Assembly: GCF_000315625.1 (NCBI RefSeq) | Contig: NW_005434634.1 | Coordinates: 520,531 to 584,530, forward strand | DNA from: Guillardia theta CCMP2712 | Taxonomy: Eukaryota; Protista; Cryptophyta | DNA length: 64,000 nucleotides | Direction of reading: 5' to 3' | In this document: in pieces, positions 33,299 to 45,051 of the stretch | How the letters are laid out: each line of letters begins with the position of its first letter | Numbering within the stretch: the first letter of the stretch is position 1 | Made by a program: the position numbers and the translations under genes | Notes under the pieces: generated by a model | What the model saw: the letters and a program-made list of their open reading frames with translations, nothing else | Databases searched by the model: none | Told to the model about the DNA's origin: nothing

Positions 33299-35539
33299 TC
33301 AGAGCTGCACATCCGAGGCGATGCGATGGCGCTTGAGGATGGCGGCATGACAGTTTGTTGCCTGTGCAATAGTTAGAGCAGAAATGAAACTATGTCTCAC
33401 AATCGACCTGATCCTTGCGCAAGGCGATGACTCGGTTGTCCTCGAGGACGATGAGGTGAAAGTCTTTGTCACCCTGCGGCAGCCGTTAGTGCAGCAGCAG
33501 CAGGAGCAGAAGCGAGGGGTTGGCACCTTCTCGCCCTCGCGAATGAGTTGGACGAGATGCTTGAGGTTCAACACTTTGACGTCATTGCACATGAGGACCT
33601 GCCATCGACATTTTCACACATCAACCTGCGAGCTCAAGGACATCTTGCCTGCATGTTACAGAGAGCCTCGTACCCTGCGTTTGTGCTGTCCTGCAGCACC
33701 TGGAGGACATTGAGGGAGGGAGTTACGATCTGCTCTTACCTGTGAGAGAATGACGGCCTCCTGGTCCTCGATCTGCTGCTCTCCCATGAGGGCTCGGTCG
33801 CATAGCCGACGAGGACTTGTGTTGTACCTGCGTGCAGTCCAGTCAGGAGCCACTAGAGTCGCAGACATCTGACCAGTCATCGCCATATTCATGCAGGTAA
33901 GGCTGAGACAGCGGAGTGAAGACCAGGCCTGAAAAAAACTTATCTTGATGTAAGGGAGCAGCGAACCGACCTGCGTAGATGAAGTAGCGGGGAAGAAGAT
34001 CGTACTGCTGGATGGGAACCAAATGCTTCAGAGGCTGCGCCTCAACCTTACAATTTCATCCTCAGACATCTTTCAGCACCAAGCCGGACCATACCATTAT
34101 CTTCATCCTCTCTCCATTTCGCAGAATTCCCATTTCTATCTTGTCTCCTGAACAAGACTGAGTAAAGTTGGACATCCTGCAGCCGGGACTGACCTGCAAA
34201 CTTGCGAGAGAGCACATAGTCGAAAGAAATCCTTTCTCGATTGCGAAACACTACAGTCCCATCGTTTCCGACCACTTGGCCGTCAATTTCAAGAATCACG
34301 TCGTGCTCCTTCAACTGCGAGGGGTTAGGATGAGCTGAATCCTTTCACAAGCTCATTCACCTTCTGAGCACTGTCAGTCAGTGGGCGAATCTTGCATATG
34401 AGCACTCCAGTCTCGTTGGTTTTCATGCCGTAAAAGGATCGTAACTGTTGTCCTCTTCACCCAAACTTGCTTGCCGGCACCAACAACGATTCACCTGAGT
34501 GTTTTCCATGGCCTGACAGCTGATGCCGAGGGCAGGGAATCCCTGTAACGAAAACTTAGGATCCTCGAGGAAAAACTGCTGCAAGAGCAGCACCACATAG
34601 ACTCCACTGTTCTTCTCCACATCTCGGAGGAAATGATTGATGATCGGAACCGGGATGATGAAGCCGATGTTTTCAGCTCCCTCCAAGCTCTGGAAAGCAA
34701 CACCTACGACCTAGCGGAAGCGTATGAGAAGCATCACAGACATCAGCAACCTCAGCCTGCTGACCTCATGGTTGATCAATGCCGGCCCTCCGCTGTTTCC
34801 TGGGTTGATCGCTGCATCGATCTGGATGGCTGGAAACCCGCAGGTCAGAGGCATCAAGCAACATGTCCCTTCGAGGATGCACACCTAGCAGTGAGGTCGC
34901 ACCATGCACGTACTGCTGAGGCTCGACTCGTGAGACGACGCCGACGCTCACTGAGATGTTGTCTCCCCCCGTCGGATAGCCGACAACAGCTACTGGGTCT
35001 TGTAGCTCAGGGATGCCTCCGAACGTCAGGGGTCGAGTTCCCTCCCAGAACTCCTCGGAGTCAGTGGTCAGCAGGGCAAGATCGCACTCGTGTCCCACTG
35101 CCACCACCCTCGCAGTGTACTTGGTCGGGTCTCCGTGCTTGCGAATCATGACATGCGCCTGGTCTGCGACGCAATGTGCGTTGGTGATGATCCTTCTCCC
35201 TTCGATTATGAACCCAGACCCGGTGCTCTCCCTCTGCTGCTTGGTCTGCCATGGCATGAACCAGTTCGGACTTGCAGCTACTGTGTAGACTTTGATGATC
35301 GAGTTGAAGGTCATGGAAAGGTCCACCGAATTTCCCCATTTTGAGTGCGGCCATGATAAAGAGCGGACTCCAAGCGCGGTGCGGGAGGCCTTGGAAGGAG
35401 AAGCAGGCAACCTCGATCCAGTAAGAGATCTGGATAGCGAAGCTGCTCTGCTTGCGGGAGGAGCAAGAATCCCCTTCAGAACCAAATTCTCTTTCTTACT
35501 CGAGACTGCACAAGAAAGAAATCTTCGCAGCATCGCCAT
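33299..35539 (-). CDS. Deg/HtrA serine protease, plant DEG10-like, probably mitochondrial, multi-exon
   Basis: Catalytic triad TNAHCV / ECDLAL / [11 protein letters not shown]; PDZ regions ([17 protein letters not shown]). Arg/Ser-rich presequence MAMLRRFLS. Confidence 0.92.
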
Positions 35540-35815
35540 GGTTGATCAGCAGTGAACTTCTTGCGTTCAGTCCAAGGAGAAGGGGAGGGAGGGAGGGAGG
35601 AAGAGGTCGAGGAGGAGGAGGAGGAGGTCGAGAAGTCTCAGGACCCCTACAAACCGAACGTCTGCAGCGGCTGCATCGCCGACAGCATCGCCGAGGAGAA
35701 CCAAAACGGTTGAGCGGGGATGAGGGCTACATGTCAAAACTGATCCGGAATTCCTTCTTGTGACAGAGTCTTCCCGGAGTCGATTCCTCAGCCCTCGTTC
35801 GTCCTCGTTCTCGTT

Positions 35816-35856
<41 letters not shown>

Positions 35857-36001
35857 TCTCGTGCTCGTGCTCGCCCTCGTCTCATTGTTATCCTTCACTT
35901 TGTTAGATGGCCGACGTGCTCTGCCTCTCTCACTCGCTCTTGCTCTTGAACATCAAGTTTAGCTTTCGTTCTACACCTCGATTTTACAACATTAATATTG
36001 T

Positions 36002-37174
36002 TTATTGCAACTCACTGGGAATCTTCCATCGAGTTTCCTTGGTCAAAGTGTTCAAATAATATGATTTTCCTGACCTCCTTGATATCTTTCGAACCCACTC
36101 ACCTTGAACATGATCGTCTGTCTTCTTTTTCGCTTGATCTTCACGCAAAGAATCTTTCGCTCCTTTCCCAGCCTTCATGCTTGGTAAAACAAGGGGAAAG
36201 ATATCATCTCCAGGCTGTTGGAAGCCTTTCTCGTCCTTTCTCACATTTCGTTGAAGTTTTCTTGTCGTTTCACTTGAAAGAAACAGCTTCAATCGTTCGA
36301 CAGCTGATTGTAATACAGTCTTGATTTGATCTGAACCATTCCCTCGCCCTCCGTTTGCTGCTTCCTTACTTTCATCCGTGCCTCGCCTCAGCCTGGACTT
36401 GCAAGTCTGCGGTCGTTGTTGCACTTGACAAGTGGTATCAGCAACGCATGGAAACGAAAAGGAAGAATTACCATCTCGAGAAGTCTTGACAAACCTCTCC
36501 ATCATCGCTTGCTCGTTCGATTTGCTTGAACTTGCCTGGTTTGATTGCCATTGCAGCCTGACGCGACTTCTGTGTCGCAATTTTTGCATCAGGATGGACC
36601 TTTGTCTTTCCATCTCTACATTCATCGCGTCATGGAGGGCAGCACTCTCGCGATCGTGTCTGAGGAAGACACTTTCTTCTTCTAGACCTTCACGGTCATT
36701 CAAGACGTCGCACAAAGAGTGTTGATGATGGCTAACAATCAAGTTCCTCTCCTTCTCCGGAAGGTCTGGGATGTTTCCGAGCGATGTATACAAGGCTGTT
36801 CTCAACTTTGACTTCAACAAGTGTGCCAAGTCCGACGGTATGTAGCTTTCCATCTTCACATCCGGCCTCTTGAAAGTCTGTAGCAACGAGTCCGAGGCTT
36901 TGCAAGCGTGAGATGTGATGGTATCGGCACTTGAAAGTCTTGACTCATTCCAGTTCATTCGCCGTGAAGCCTCAAACTCCCGCTCACTTGACTGGTCCAT
37001 CTTGTACTTGAGATAGAGAGGCATGGCGGAGAAACTCTCCGTTGTCTTCGATGAGCTTGCATACGCCCTGGCACGAAGTCGTTTCCAAACACTTCCTTCT
37101 TCGTAGCCAGAGCTCGCAAATGTCCCACCTGGTACGACATGCAGGAGTGGTGGATCCCCACAACCCGACATCAT
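36002..37174 (-). CDS. Hypothetical protein with C-terminal WW domain
   Basis: 390-aa ORF ending GEWVRKISRRSGKSYYLNTLTKETRWKIP. Confidence 0.7.
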   Translation of the reverse strand: MMSGCGDPPLLHVVPGGTFASSGYEEGSVWKRLRARAYASSSKTTESFSAMPLYLKYKMDQSSEREFEASRRMNWNESRLSSADTITSHACKASDSLLQTFKRPDVKMESYIPSDLAHLLKSKLRTALYTSLGNIPDLPEKERNLIVSHHQHSLCDVLNDREGLEEESVFLRHDRESAALHDAMNVEMERQRSILMQKLRHRSRVRLQWQSNQASSSKSNEQAMMERFVKTSRDGNSSFSFPCVADTTCQVQQRPQTCKSRLRRGTDESKEAANGGRGNGSDQIKTVLQSAVERLKLFLSSETTRKLQRNVRKDEKGFQQPGDDIFPLVLPSMKAGKGAKDSLREDQAKKKTDDHVQGEWVRKISRRSGKSYYLNTLTKETRWKIPSELQ

Positions 37175-37433
37175 ACGATCCTCCTCTTCCCCTCTCTCTC
37201 TCCGCCTTCAAGTCTACCTCGCCCCAACCCTCGACGCCTTGCGGACGTCGCTATCATGCCATAGCCGTTGAAACTGTGAATGACTCTCCTGTACACCCAC
37301 CCCACCTTCTCATATTAAAACTACCCCACCCCTGGCATTCCCTGCACCACCCCCAATCCGTCTATCAAATTCACCCCCATGCTCTGCTTTCGGTTTTTCG
37401 AAATCGGAAATGAAGGGAACTGGCGAAAAGGAG

Positions 37434-37487
37434 TAGAGGCAGGGCAGAGGGCAGAGGGCAGAGGGCAGAGGGCAGAGGGCAGAGGGC
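37434..37487 (+). repeat. 7-nt tandem repeat (agggcag)n
   Basis: Read directly; about 7 copies. Confidence 0.85.
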
Positions 37488-37913
37488 ATGGCAGGGAAGG
37501 ATCTGAGATGTGATGAGGACAGGGGTCACGATGAAGACACAGCGATAGGAAGAGGATGACAAGAAAAATCACGACAACAAAGGAAGATGCTGGACGGGAT
37601 GGTCAAGGTAGGAAAGCATACATAGGCGAGAGGCTGCAGCCGAGGAAATATGGACGGAAAGGGAGTCCCATAGCAATAGGGAGAGAACTATAACGCTCAC
37701 AGAATGTCCATTCTCAAAACCATCTCAGCTCATGAGTGGAAACGGCGAGTGAGAATTCTATTTCACCAATTTCAGGAAACGATCGAACTGGAGGGTAGCA
37801 TGCCTGTTTTCAGGGTCGAAGTTCCATGATTAAGATTATGGCGTGCCCCGTCAAGGATCCGAGAGCGGATATCACCATGACGTTGACGAGATTTGTCAGG
37901 TTTCGCACATTCC

Positions 37914-38525
37914 ATGGCGGATTTTGGGTTGGCCAGCAATGGAACTACGGTCATGTTCTCGTCCTGTGTTGATGATAGATATCCTCCTGAGAACATAATC
38001 GATGGGTAATCTGTTTGAATGTGATCTCATGACTCATCTGACATGTTTCGGTCAAGGAATGACAGCACTTTCTGGATCACAACGGGGCTGTGAGTCTTGT
38101 GCTGCTCCCTGAGGAATCGTTGACACATCGCTTTCAAGATATCCACAGCAATTTATTCTACAATTCGACGGCGATATCAAGATCGACCGTATCAAGACGA
38201 TCACAACGGATGTAAGGAAACTCAAGGTCCTTCCACGTTGTGAGGGGAGCGAGGGACTCAAGTTTCTCCTTGCCAGTTGGAACGATGCACAGAGAAAGCG
38301 CCGACGAGCTTCGAGGAGATTCATCAAGTGGAGTTAGCACACAAGGGAGGAAGAGTTCAAGTCGAGTCGAGTCAGGTGCGCAGCCCTCAGCGACATGCAG
38401 GTGCTGAAGCTCTTGAGCAGATCAGTGGCAGCCCGACTGCATCCTTCTTGCGCGTCACGATTGAGAGCGGGTGGGATGACTTTGCTGCTGTGAGGCGGTT
38501 CACGATAGAAGGGAGCAAGGCTTGA
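37914..38525 (+). CDS. IFT25: Intraflagellar transport protein 25 (HSPB11), multi-exon
   Basis: MADFGLASNGTTV...DDRYPPENIIDG|NDSTFWITTG|.YPQQFIL...ASFLRVTIESGWDDFAAVRR. Confidence 0.9.
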
Positions 38526-38636
38526 CTTGTGCGATAAATGTTTGCCGTCCTGTCTTGTGACTGGCATCTAATGTAGATTTTGTCATTACCTCGAAGCAAT
38601 GTTAGTGAAAATTTCTTGACGTTGGTCAAGTGCGAA

Positions 38637-41043
38637 TCAATAGAGGATGGTAACTGATCGGATGGCGTCAAACCGCTTCAGATCCTTCGGCTCTGCCTTG
38701 TGGAAATTTCTTCGCAAATCCACTCGACGAAGAGACTTGGATGAGGCCACTTGAATGAAGCGCAATGCACCGGCCAAGCTGATGTGTTGACACCTGACTG
38801 CATGACACGTCATCAGCTTCCCGCAGTTGTCGGCGATGGCCTCGAGCTCGTTGTCGCCTATGTTGGTGTGCGAGACGTTGAGAGTCTCGAGGGACATGCT
38901 GAACTCCGAGATGTACTTGAGGCCTCGCGGCGTCAGAGACTCGCACCACGCCAGGTTGAGCACCTTCAGCCCCCCGCACCGGCGCACTAGCATTCGCAGT
39001 CCGATGTCGTCGAGCAGCGAGACGTAGCTCAGGTCCACGTCCTCCAGGCTGGAGCAGTAGGTTGCGATGGTCTGCACGGTCTTGGAGGAGATGTTAGGCA
39101 GCATCATGCACTTGAGACTGATCAGCTGAGGACACTCGGACGCGAGCACCACGAGCGATCGATCAGTCAGCGTCATGTTGCCACTGAGATCCAAGCTGGA
39201 GAGATTTCGAACTCTCCGGATGTTCGAAACTCCTTCATCGCTGATGTTCTCACACCCGGACACGTCCAAGGAAGACAAGAGGGCGAGAGAGTCGATGATG
39301 GCGGCAAGAACCTCGTCGGTGAGGGCTGAGTTGAGGCTCAGGTCCAGGGTCCGCAGCGACTTGGAGAAACTGATGGCTCGGAGTCCTTCTGAGGTGAGCC
39401 CGGAGCACTGCGAGACTCCGAGCTGCCAGAGGTTTTGACAAGCGCTGGTGATCAGAATGATGGCGTCGTCTTTCAACCATGGGCAGCGATTGAGAATCAA
39501 GCTAGTGATCGTGATGTTTCCATGCGCAACGATCGAGAACACTGTCCGGTTCGTCAACTTTGAACAGCCGGCAAAGTTGATGTACTCAAGGCTGTTTTCA
39601 CAAGACCGCATGATCCGATTGGCAGACTCATCTTGTATCCTGGATCAAGCATCAGTGATCTGCACGTTGCAATGGAAGTCCGTTCTTACCGTTCACAGTC
39701 TTCAAACTCCACACACCTGAGTTTGCCTGTGATTGTGTTTGCAAGCAGCTCGAATCCATCCTTGTCAATGTGTTTGCAGCCTGAGAGGTTGACGCTTTGA
39801 GTCTCCTCGAGCGGCGACAGTCGCAAGAAGAAGCTCAAGGCAGAAGAGGTGAGGTGCTGACAGCCCTTGAGGTTCACGTCGGTCCACGTGATGGGCAGGG
39901 AGCAGCACCTCCTCCACGTGCGGCTGACGCACCTCACCGTCTGATAGATGAAAGCAGAGTGCAACGTAGAGAAGAGAGCTGCCAATCCCAGACAGTCCTG
40001 GTCTGACTTGAGCTCTGAGATCCTGCACAGAGGTGTTCGGTTGTCAAACAGTGAGTTGTAAGTCTCCAGCAGGGTGATAGCTAGTCGTTTGTTGCTCGTG
40101 CTGACGGATCTATCCCAGAAGACCTCAGACACTTTCAACGACATACTGTTCTGTGACATGAGGTATGTCGCTCGAGTCTCCCCGCACAGGGCCAACAAGG
40201 CGCTCAGCGACTCATGCAGCATGCTCGCGGAGTGTCTTGCCACAACGAACTCGATCAACTTCGGAACTGCTCCGTTGCCGATGATTCTAGCGCGTAGCTG
40301 AGGGAGACGCAGCAGAGCTTTGCGATCGCTGCCGTACACCCCTCCTTCACCATCAGATAGGGGCTTGTCTCGAGGTAGTCCACCAGCATGTAGATAATCT
40401 TCCCTTCCTGCGCATGCTCTGCGCACTCTCTGTTGGAGATGATCTGTACGAGCGCGCTCAGCGCCCGTTGCCTGACTGAGTGAGAGACTATGTTGAGCAT
40501 CCTCAGCAGATGCAAGATGCAAGTTCGCGATTCAGGAATGGCTGGGATAACCGCCAGCACGGCTGCGCCTGCCCCTCGGACCTCGAGGTCGTCATCCTGA
40601 AGCATTCGCTCTATCTTGAACAGCAGAGCCTTGCATTCTAAAACCTTCTTGCTGTATCCCAGCTCAACCACTGACACAAGAATGTCGCTGCTAAGTATCC
40701 TTGTTGTTGAACACGTCTCTCCCAGCAAGGTCACGAAACGAGTCAGCCCGTTCATGGCTATCAGAGCTTGACACACTTGCTTCGCATCGAAGTCGGACGC
40801 GGAGGACAGCAGGTCAGCAATATCCTTGAGTGCAGCAGTCCTCTTGCTTCCTCCGAAGGTGATCAACTCGAACAGTGAGGAAAGAAAGCCTTCAATCTCA
40901 TCCGCCTTGTTCTCCGCCGCCCGGAGACTCGGCTGCGGGACCAATTGTACGACAGTGTTAAGATTCCAGTTTCCATGAGACGGGCGGAGAGGATGAGGAG
41001 TAGGTCTCCCGATAGACGAGCTCGCCGTCCTCCTCTTGTTCAT
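38637..41043 (-). CDS. Armadillo-repeat + F-box + LRR protein (apparent 1-nt frameshift near 40303)
   Basis: ARM-like helices; F-box-like VRCVSRTWRRCCSLPITWTDVNL; AMN1-type LRRs (LDLSGNMTLTDRSL, LNLAWCESLT). Confidence 0.8.
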
Positions 41044-41838
41044 CCCTACCTTCTCCCGGCCTTGTTCACCTCGTCCTCCCGAGTCCCGGAGTCCTTTCCC
41101 TTCAATGTGCCAGTTCTAGTATCTCGTCCCCGGAGTCCTTTCCCTTGTTCACCTCGTCCTCTTCCTCTTCAATCCAGGGCCTCCTCCTCCACTGCCCCTC
41201 TTCACCTTCTCCTCTTCCTCTTCATCTCCCGGCCCTCCTGCCATGTCGGCGCTCACAGTCAGTCACGGCGCGGGTCTGGCGATGAGTTCGGTTCACGGTT
41301 ACTGACTCAGCCGGCCCTCTTCCCCGCTCTGTCCTCCGTAGGAACGTACCTGTACAGGTACCTGTACCCCACCCAACTTCTTGTTGCACCCCAACTTAAG
41401 AGGCCCCTACCCCATGCTTAATCTGAATTGTCTCGATTGAAGGTGGGGGTACTTATGGTATGTTAGATAACCCCCACCCCTCAAAGCGGGAGGCCGCATC
41501 GGTGTGAGGGATAAAAGAATGAACAGGGGGAGCAGCAGAGGAAGGCAAGTAGCGCAGAGAAGAGGAGAATAGCACAAGATAGGTAGGAGAGGAGAGTAGG
41601 AGGGGAGAGGAGAGTAGATCGAAGATGAGGGCCAGGGTAAGTGTAGCTCAAACAACATGGAAACAAGGGAGTAGGGAACAGGTATGACCTAGTGGCTGTG
41701 ACCTCAGGAAAGGAACGATTGGATTTTCCCTTATGACATGAATGTCGAATGCGGAGAGGCTGAATTGAAACCAGAGCGATGTGTTGATCTTTCCCCGTCG
41801 TCTTACCTCTTGGCTTGTTGCAGGGAGGTTTCACCACT

Positions 41839-44071
41839 ATGCCGCACTTCTTTGGGGCACGAGTAGATGGTGTAATCATGACTGGACTGAGGGCAGGACG
41901 GCAGGGGCTCATTCACTTGTCGCAAGCTCAAGGATGCATCAGCAGGAAACTCTCCACGTCCAAGGGCAGCGATCTCAATGCGATGGGAAGGACAAGCAGC
42001 ATGGACCTGCTGAATCCCATTCCAGTGAAATCAAGAGGCAAGCAGGTCACAACATCTGAGCAGAGGAAAGACTTTCTCCGTGAGGACATTCCCTCGGTGA
42101 AGCGAGTCGTCATCAAAGTGGGCACCTCTGTTCTCACGCGGGACAATGAGTTTGGAGTGTCTTTGACTCGTCTCGCAAGCCTGGTCGAGCAGGTCAGCGC
42201 GCTAGTTCACTCGGGGAAGGAAGTAATCATCGTGACCTCTGGAGCTGTTGGCTTCGGCAAGATGAGGCTTCAAGTTCAGAACGTGCTGTCTCAGACCGTG
42301 AGGAACACTCTCTCCTGGGGAGCAAACGCTTCCCCTCCCTCGTTGGACTCTCGAGCCTGTGCTGCCGCCGGGCAGTCAGGGTTGATGACCCTTTATGACG
42401 CCATGTTTTCCCAGTATGGAGTGTCGATCGCGCAGCTTCTCGTGACGATGTCAGATTTTCAGGTCGATGCTCATCGCGCAAATATGTGCGAGACGATCAA
42501 GGAGCTGATCAAGCTGGGAATCGTCCCAGTCTGCAACGAGAACGACGTCTTCTACAGCAACACGGAGTCACGGGAGTTCATTATGAGCCATCAGAACACG
42601 ACCATAACATCGTTCAATCCGAATTTCAAACAAAACATTGACAACGGTATCGACGACGGTGTTGACCGAGGGGACAAAGTCGTACGTCTTACCGCCAACG
42701 ACTCGCTGTCTGCTCTTCTTGCCGTGGAGCTCGACGCCCAGCTGATGATCGTGCTGAGCAATGTGGATGGGCTATACACAGCTCCTCCAGGTCGCCTGTC
42801 GTCCATGGGAGCCACTCCAAAATTATTGCACACGTTCAACCCCGACGATCCTCAAATGGAGCGACTGGAGTATGGCCGGGACCGGCGAGTCGGACGAGGA
42901 GGCATGGCGGCTAAGGTGGACGCGTCAAAGTTTGCGCTGAACCATGGAGTACACTGCATCCTTGCCAATGGTCATCAGCATGACGTCATCTCCAAGATAT
43001 TCGAGGGCAGGACCATCGGCACCTTGTTCACCCGCGCGGCTGGACGCGACTCGACGCCCTATGTCAAGGGAACGGAGGCGAGGAGCGCTTCTCGGGAGAT
43101 GGCAAAGTTGCCTTCCAGTGTCAGGAAGAAGGTCCTTGAGCAGATCGTCAAGGATATCACGAGGAAGGAAGACGTCATCCTCGCAGCAAACAACGAGGAT
43201 CTGCAAGAGGCGCTGAGAGCCATCAAGTCCGAGGGCGCCGTCGGTTCAGACCACCGACCTGACCAGCTCCCTCTCTCCCTGTCAAAACGCAAGTTAAGGT
43301 CGCTTGTCCAGAAGATCGACCAGATGACGGCGACGGCTGGCAATGTCGTGGGTCGGAATGTGAAGTGGTGTAAGGTGACGGACGGGCTCTATCTTGAGCA
43401 AGAGACTGTTCCCATTGGAGTGGCTCTGTGCGTGTTCGACAAGGCTTGTCCTGACGTCGTTCCCCTCCTGGCAAGTCTCTGCATTGCCTCCGGCAACGCT
43501 GTCATCTTCAAGTCCTCGCGCGAAAGCTTCCACACTACTCAGATCTTCCACTCGATCATCATCTCTGCGCTGAAAGCAAACAATATCTCCGAGAACGCGG
43601 TCATCAACCTGGAAGGACGAGACAACCTCGAGGACTTCTTGGTTCTGCAGGATCAGATCGACATGGTGATCCCGCGAGGATGCAAGCAGCTCATAGAGTA
43701 TGTCAACACGCGCACCAAGATTCCCGTCCTCGGAGACACTGAGGGCCTCTGTCACGTGTACGTTCACAACGACGCAAATCTGGAGGTTGCAGCTCGAGTG
43801 CTGGTGGACTCCAAGTGTGAAGCAAGTTATGCTGGGAGGTATGGAGTGGAAACCATCCTCGTGCACTCCCATTGGATCGAGACTGGCAAGTTCGAGGAGC
43901 TGTTGGAGCCCCTCACCAGCAAAGGAGTCGCTCTCTTCGCCGGCCCTCGCCTCCGCGCTCAGTTCAAGTCTCAGTCTGCCAAGATGCCTCCTGCATGGTC
44001 TTTGAGATGCGAGTATGGATCAAGCGGGTGCGCTGTTGAGGTTGTTGACAGCCTCGAGGAAGCGATCCAGG

Positions 44072-44109
<38 letters not shown>

Positions 44110-44714
44110 ATTTTGACTTGAATGTGTTGCTAGCATGTCAACGATTACGGAAGCCATCACACGGATGTCATCGTTTGCGAGAGCGGTTGATTCCTCCTCC
44201 TCATCCTCCTCCTTCTCTCCTCCTCCTCCTTCTCTCCTCCTTCCCTCTCCCTCCGCTCCTCTCCCTCCAGTCATGAGTTCTTTGTCAGAAATGGACTCGC
44301 GCAAGTTCTCGAGGGAAGTCGATAGCGCCTGTGTCTTCCAGAACTGCAGCACGCGATTCTCAGAGGGATACAGGTCGAGCCTCATCCTCTTCCTTCTGGC
44401 CCTCACCTCTTGTTGTAGCTTTGGGCTTGGAACTGAGGTGGGAGTGACGACCAAGCGAGTGCCCATGCGAGGGCCGATCGGGATTGAGGGGTTGATGACT
44501 TCCAAGTACATCTTGAGGGGCAAGGTAGAATAGAAGAGCTCCTTTCTCTCAAGGCTGATCCTGTTGCTTCAGGGGCATGCAGTCGCGGACATCGCAGACG
44601 GAAAGTCAAAATGGTGAGTGTGGGAGTAGGGAAGAGGGGAGGAGGAGAATCTGATTGTGACTCAGGGTCCACGAGAAGAAATGTGTCACTTGCGGTTTGC
44701 AAGTGCGCGACTAA
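41839..44714 (+). CDS. P5CS: Delta-1-pyrroline-5-carboxylate synthase-like (glutamate 5-kinase + degenerate gamma-glutamyl phosphate reductase), multi-exon
   Basis: [37 protein letters not shown]. Reductase half shows [23 protein letters not shown] and [29 protein letters not shown]. Confidence 0.92.
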
Positions 44715-44768
44715 GCGATGGATTAAGATGTAAGAAGCTCTTAAAGTTCTCACACACTTTCTGAGCCC

Positions 44769-44872
44769 CAACACCTGGAGTGATGGTAGTCAGTGCCCCC
44801 CTCCCTCAACACCTGGACGGTGATGGTAGTCACACGGTGCCCCCCCTCCCTCAACACCTGGATGGTGATGGC
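44769..44872 (+). repeat. Imperfect 3-copy tandem repeat (about 40-45 nt; caacacctgga..gtgatggtagtca..gtgcccccctccct)
   Basis: Read directly, just downstream of the P5CS stop. Confidence 0.8.
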
Positions 44873-45051
44873 TGTCTGCTGCCGCTCGTCGCCATTACGA
44901 GTAAAACAAGACTCAAGACTGGGGAAGGGGAGGGAGGGGGGGCACTGACTACAGGAAGAACCTGAATGAGAAGAACTGTCAGCTATCTGAGGCGAACTTG
45001 CTATTGAATTTGACTAAAACATATTCCGGTCGGTGACAAGACGGTGGCAGG

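Noticed and set aside
44769-44872. CRISPR-like direct repeats
   Set aside because: Eukaryotic context, three imperfect tandem copies with no unique spacers, and no cas genes.
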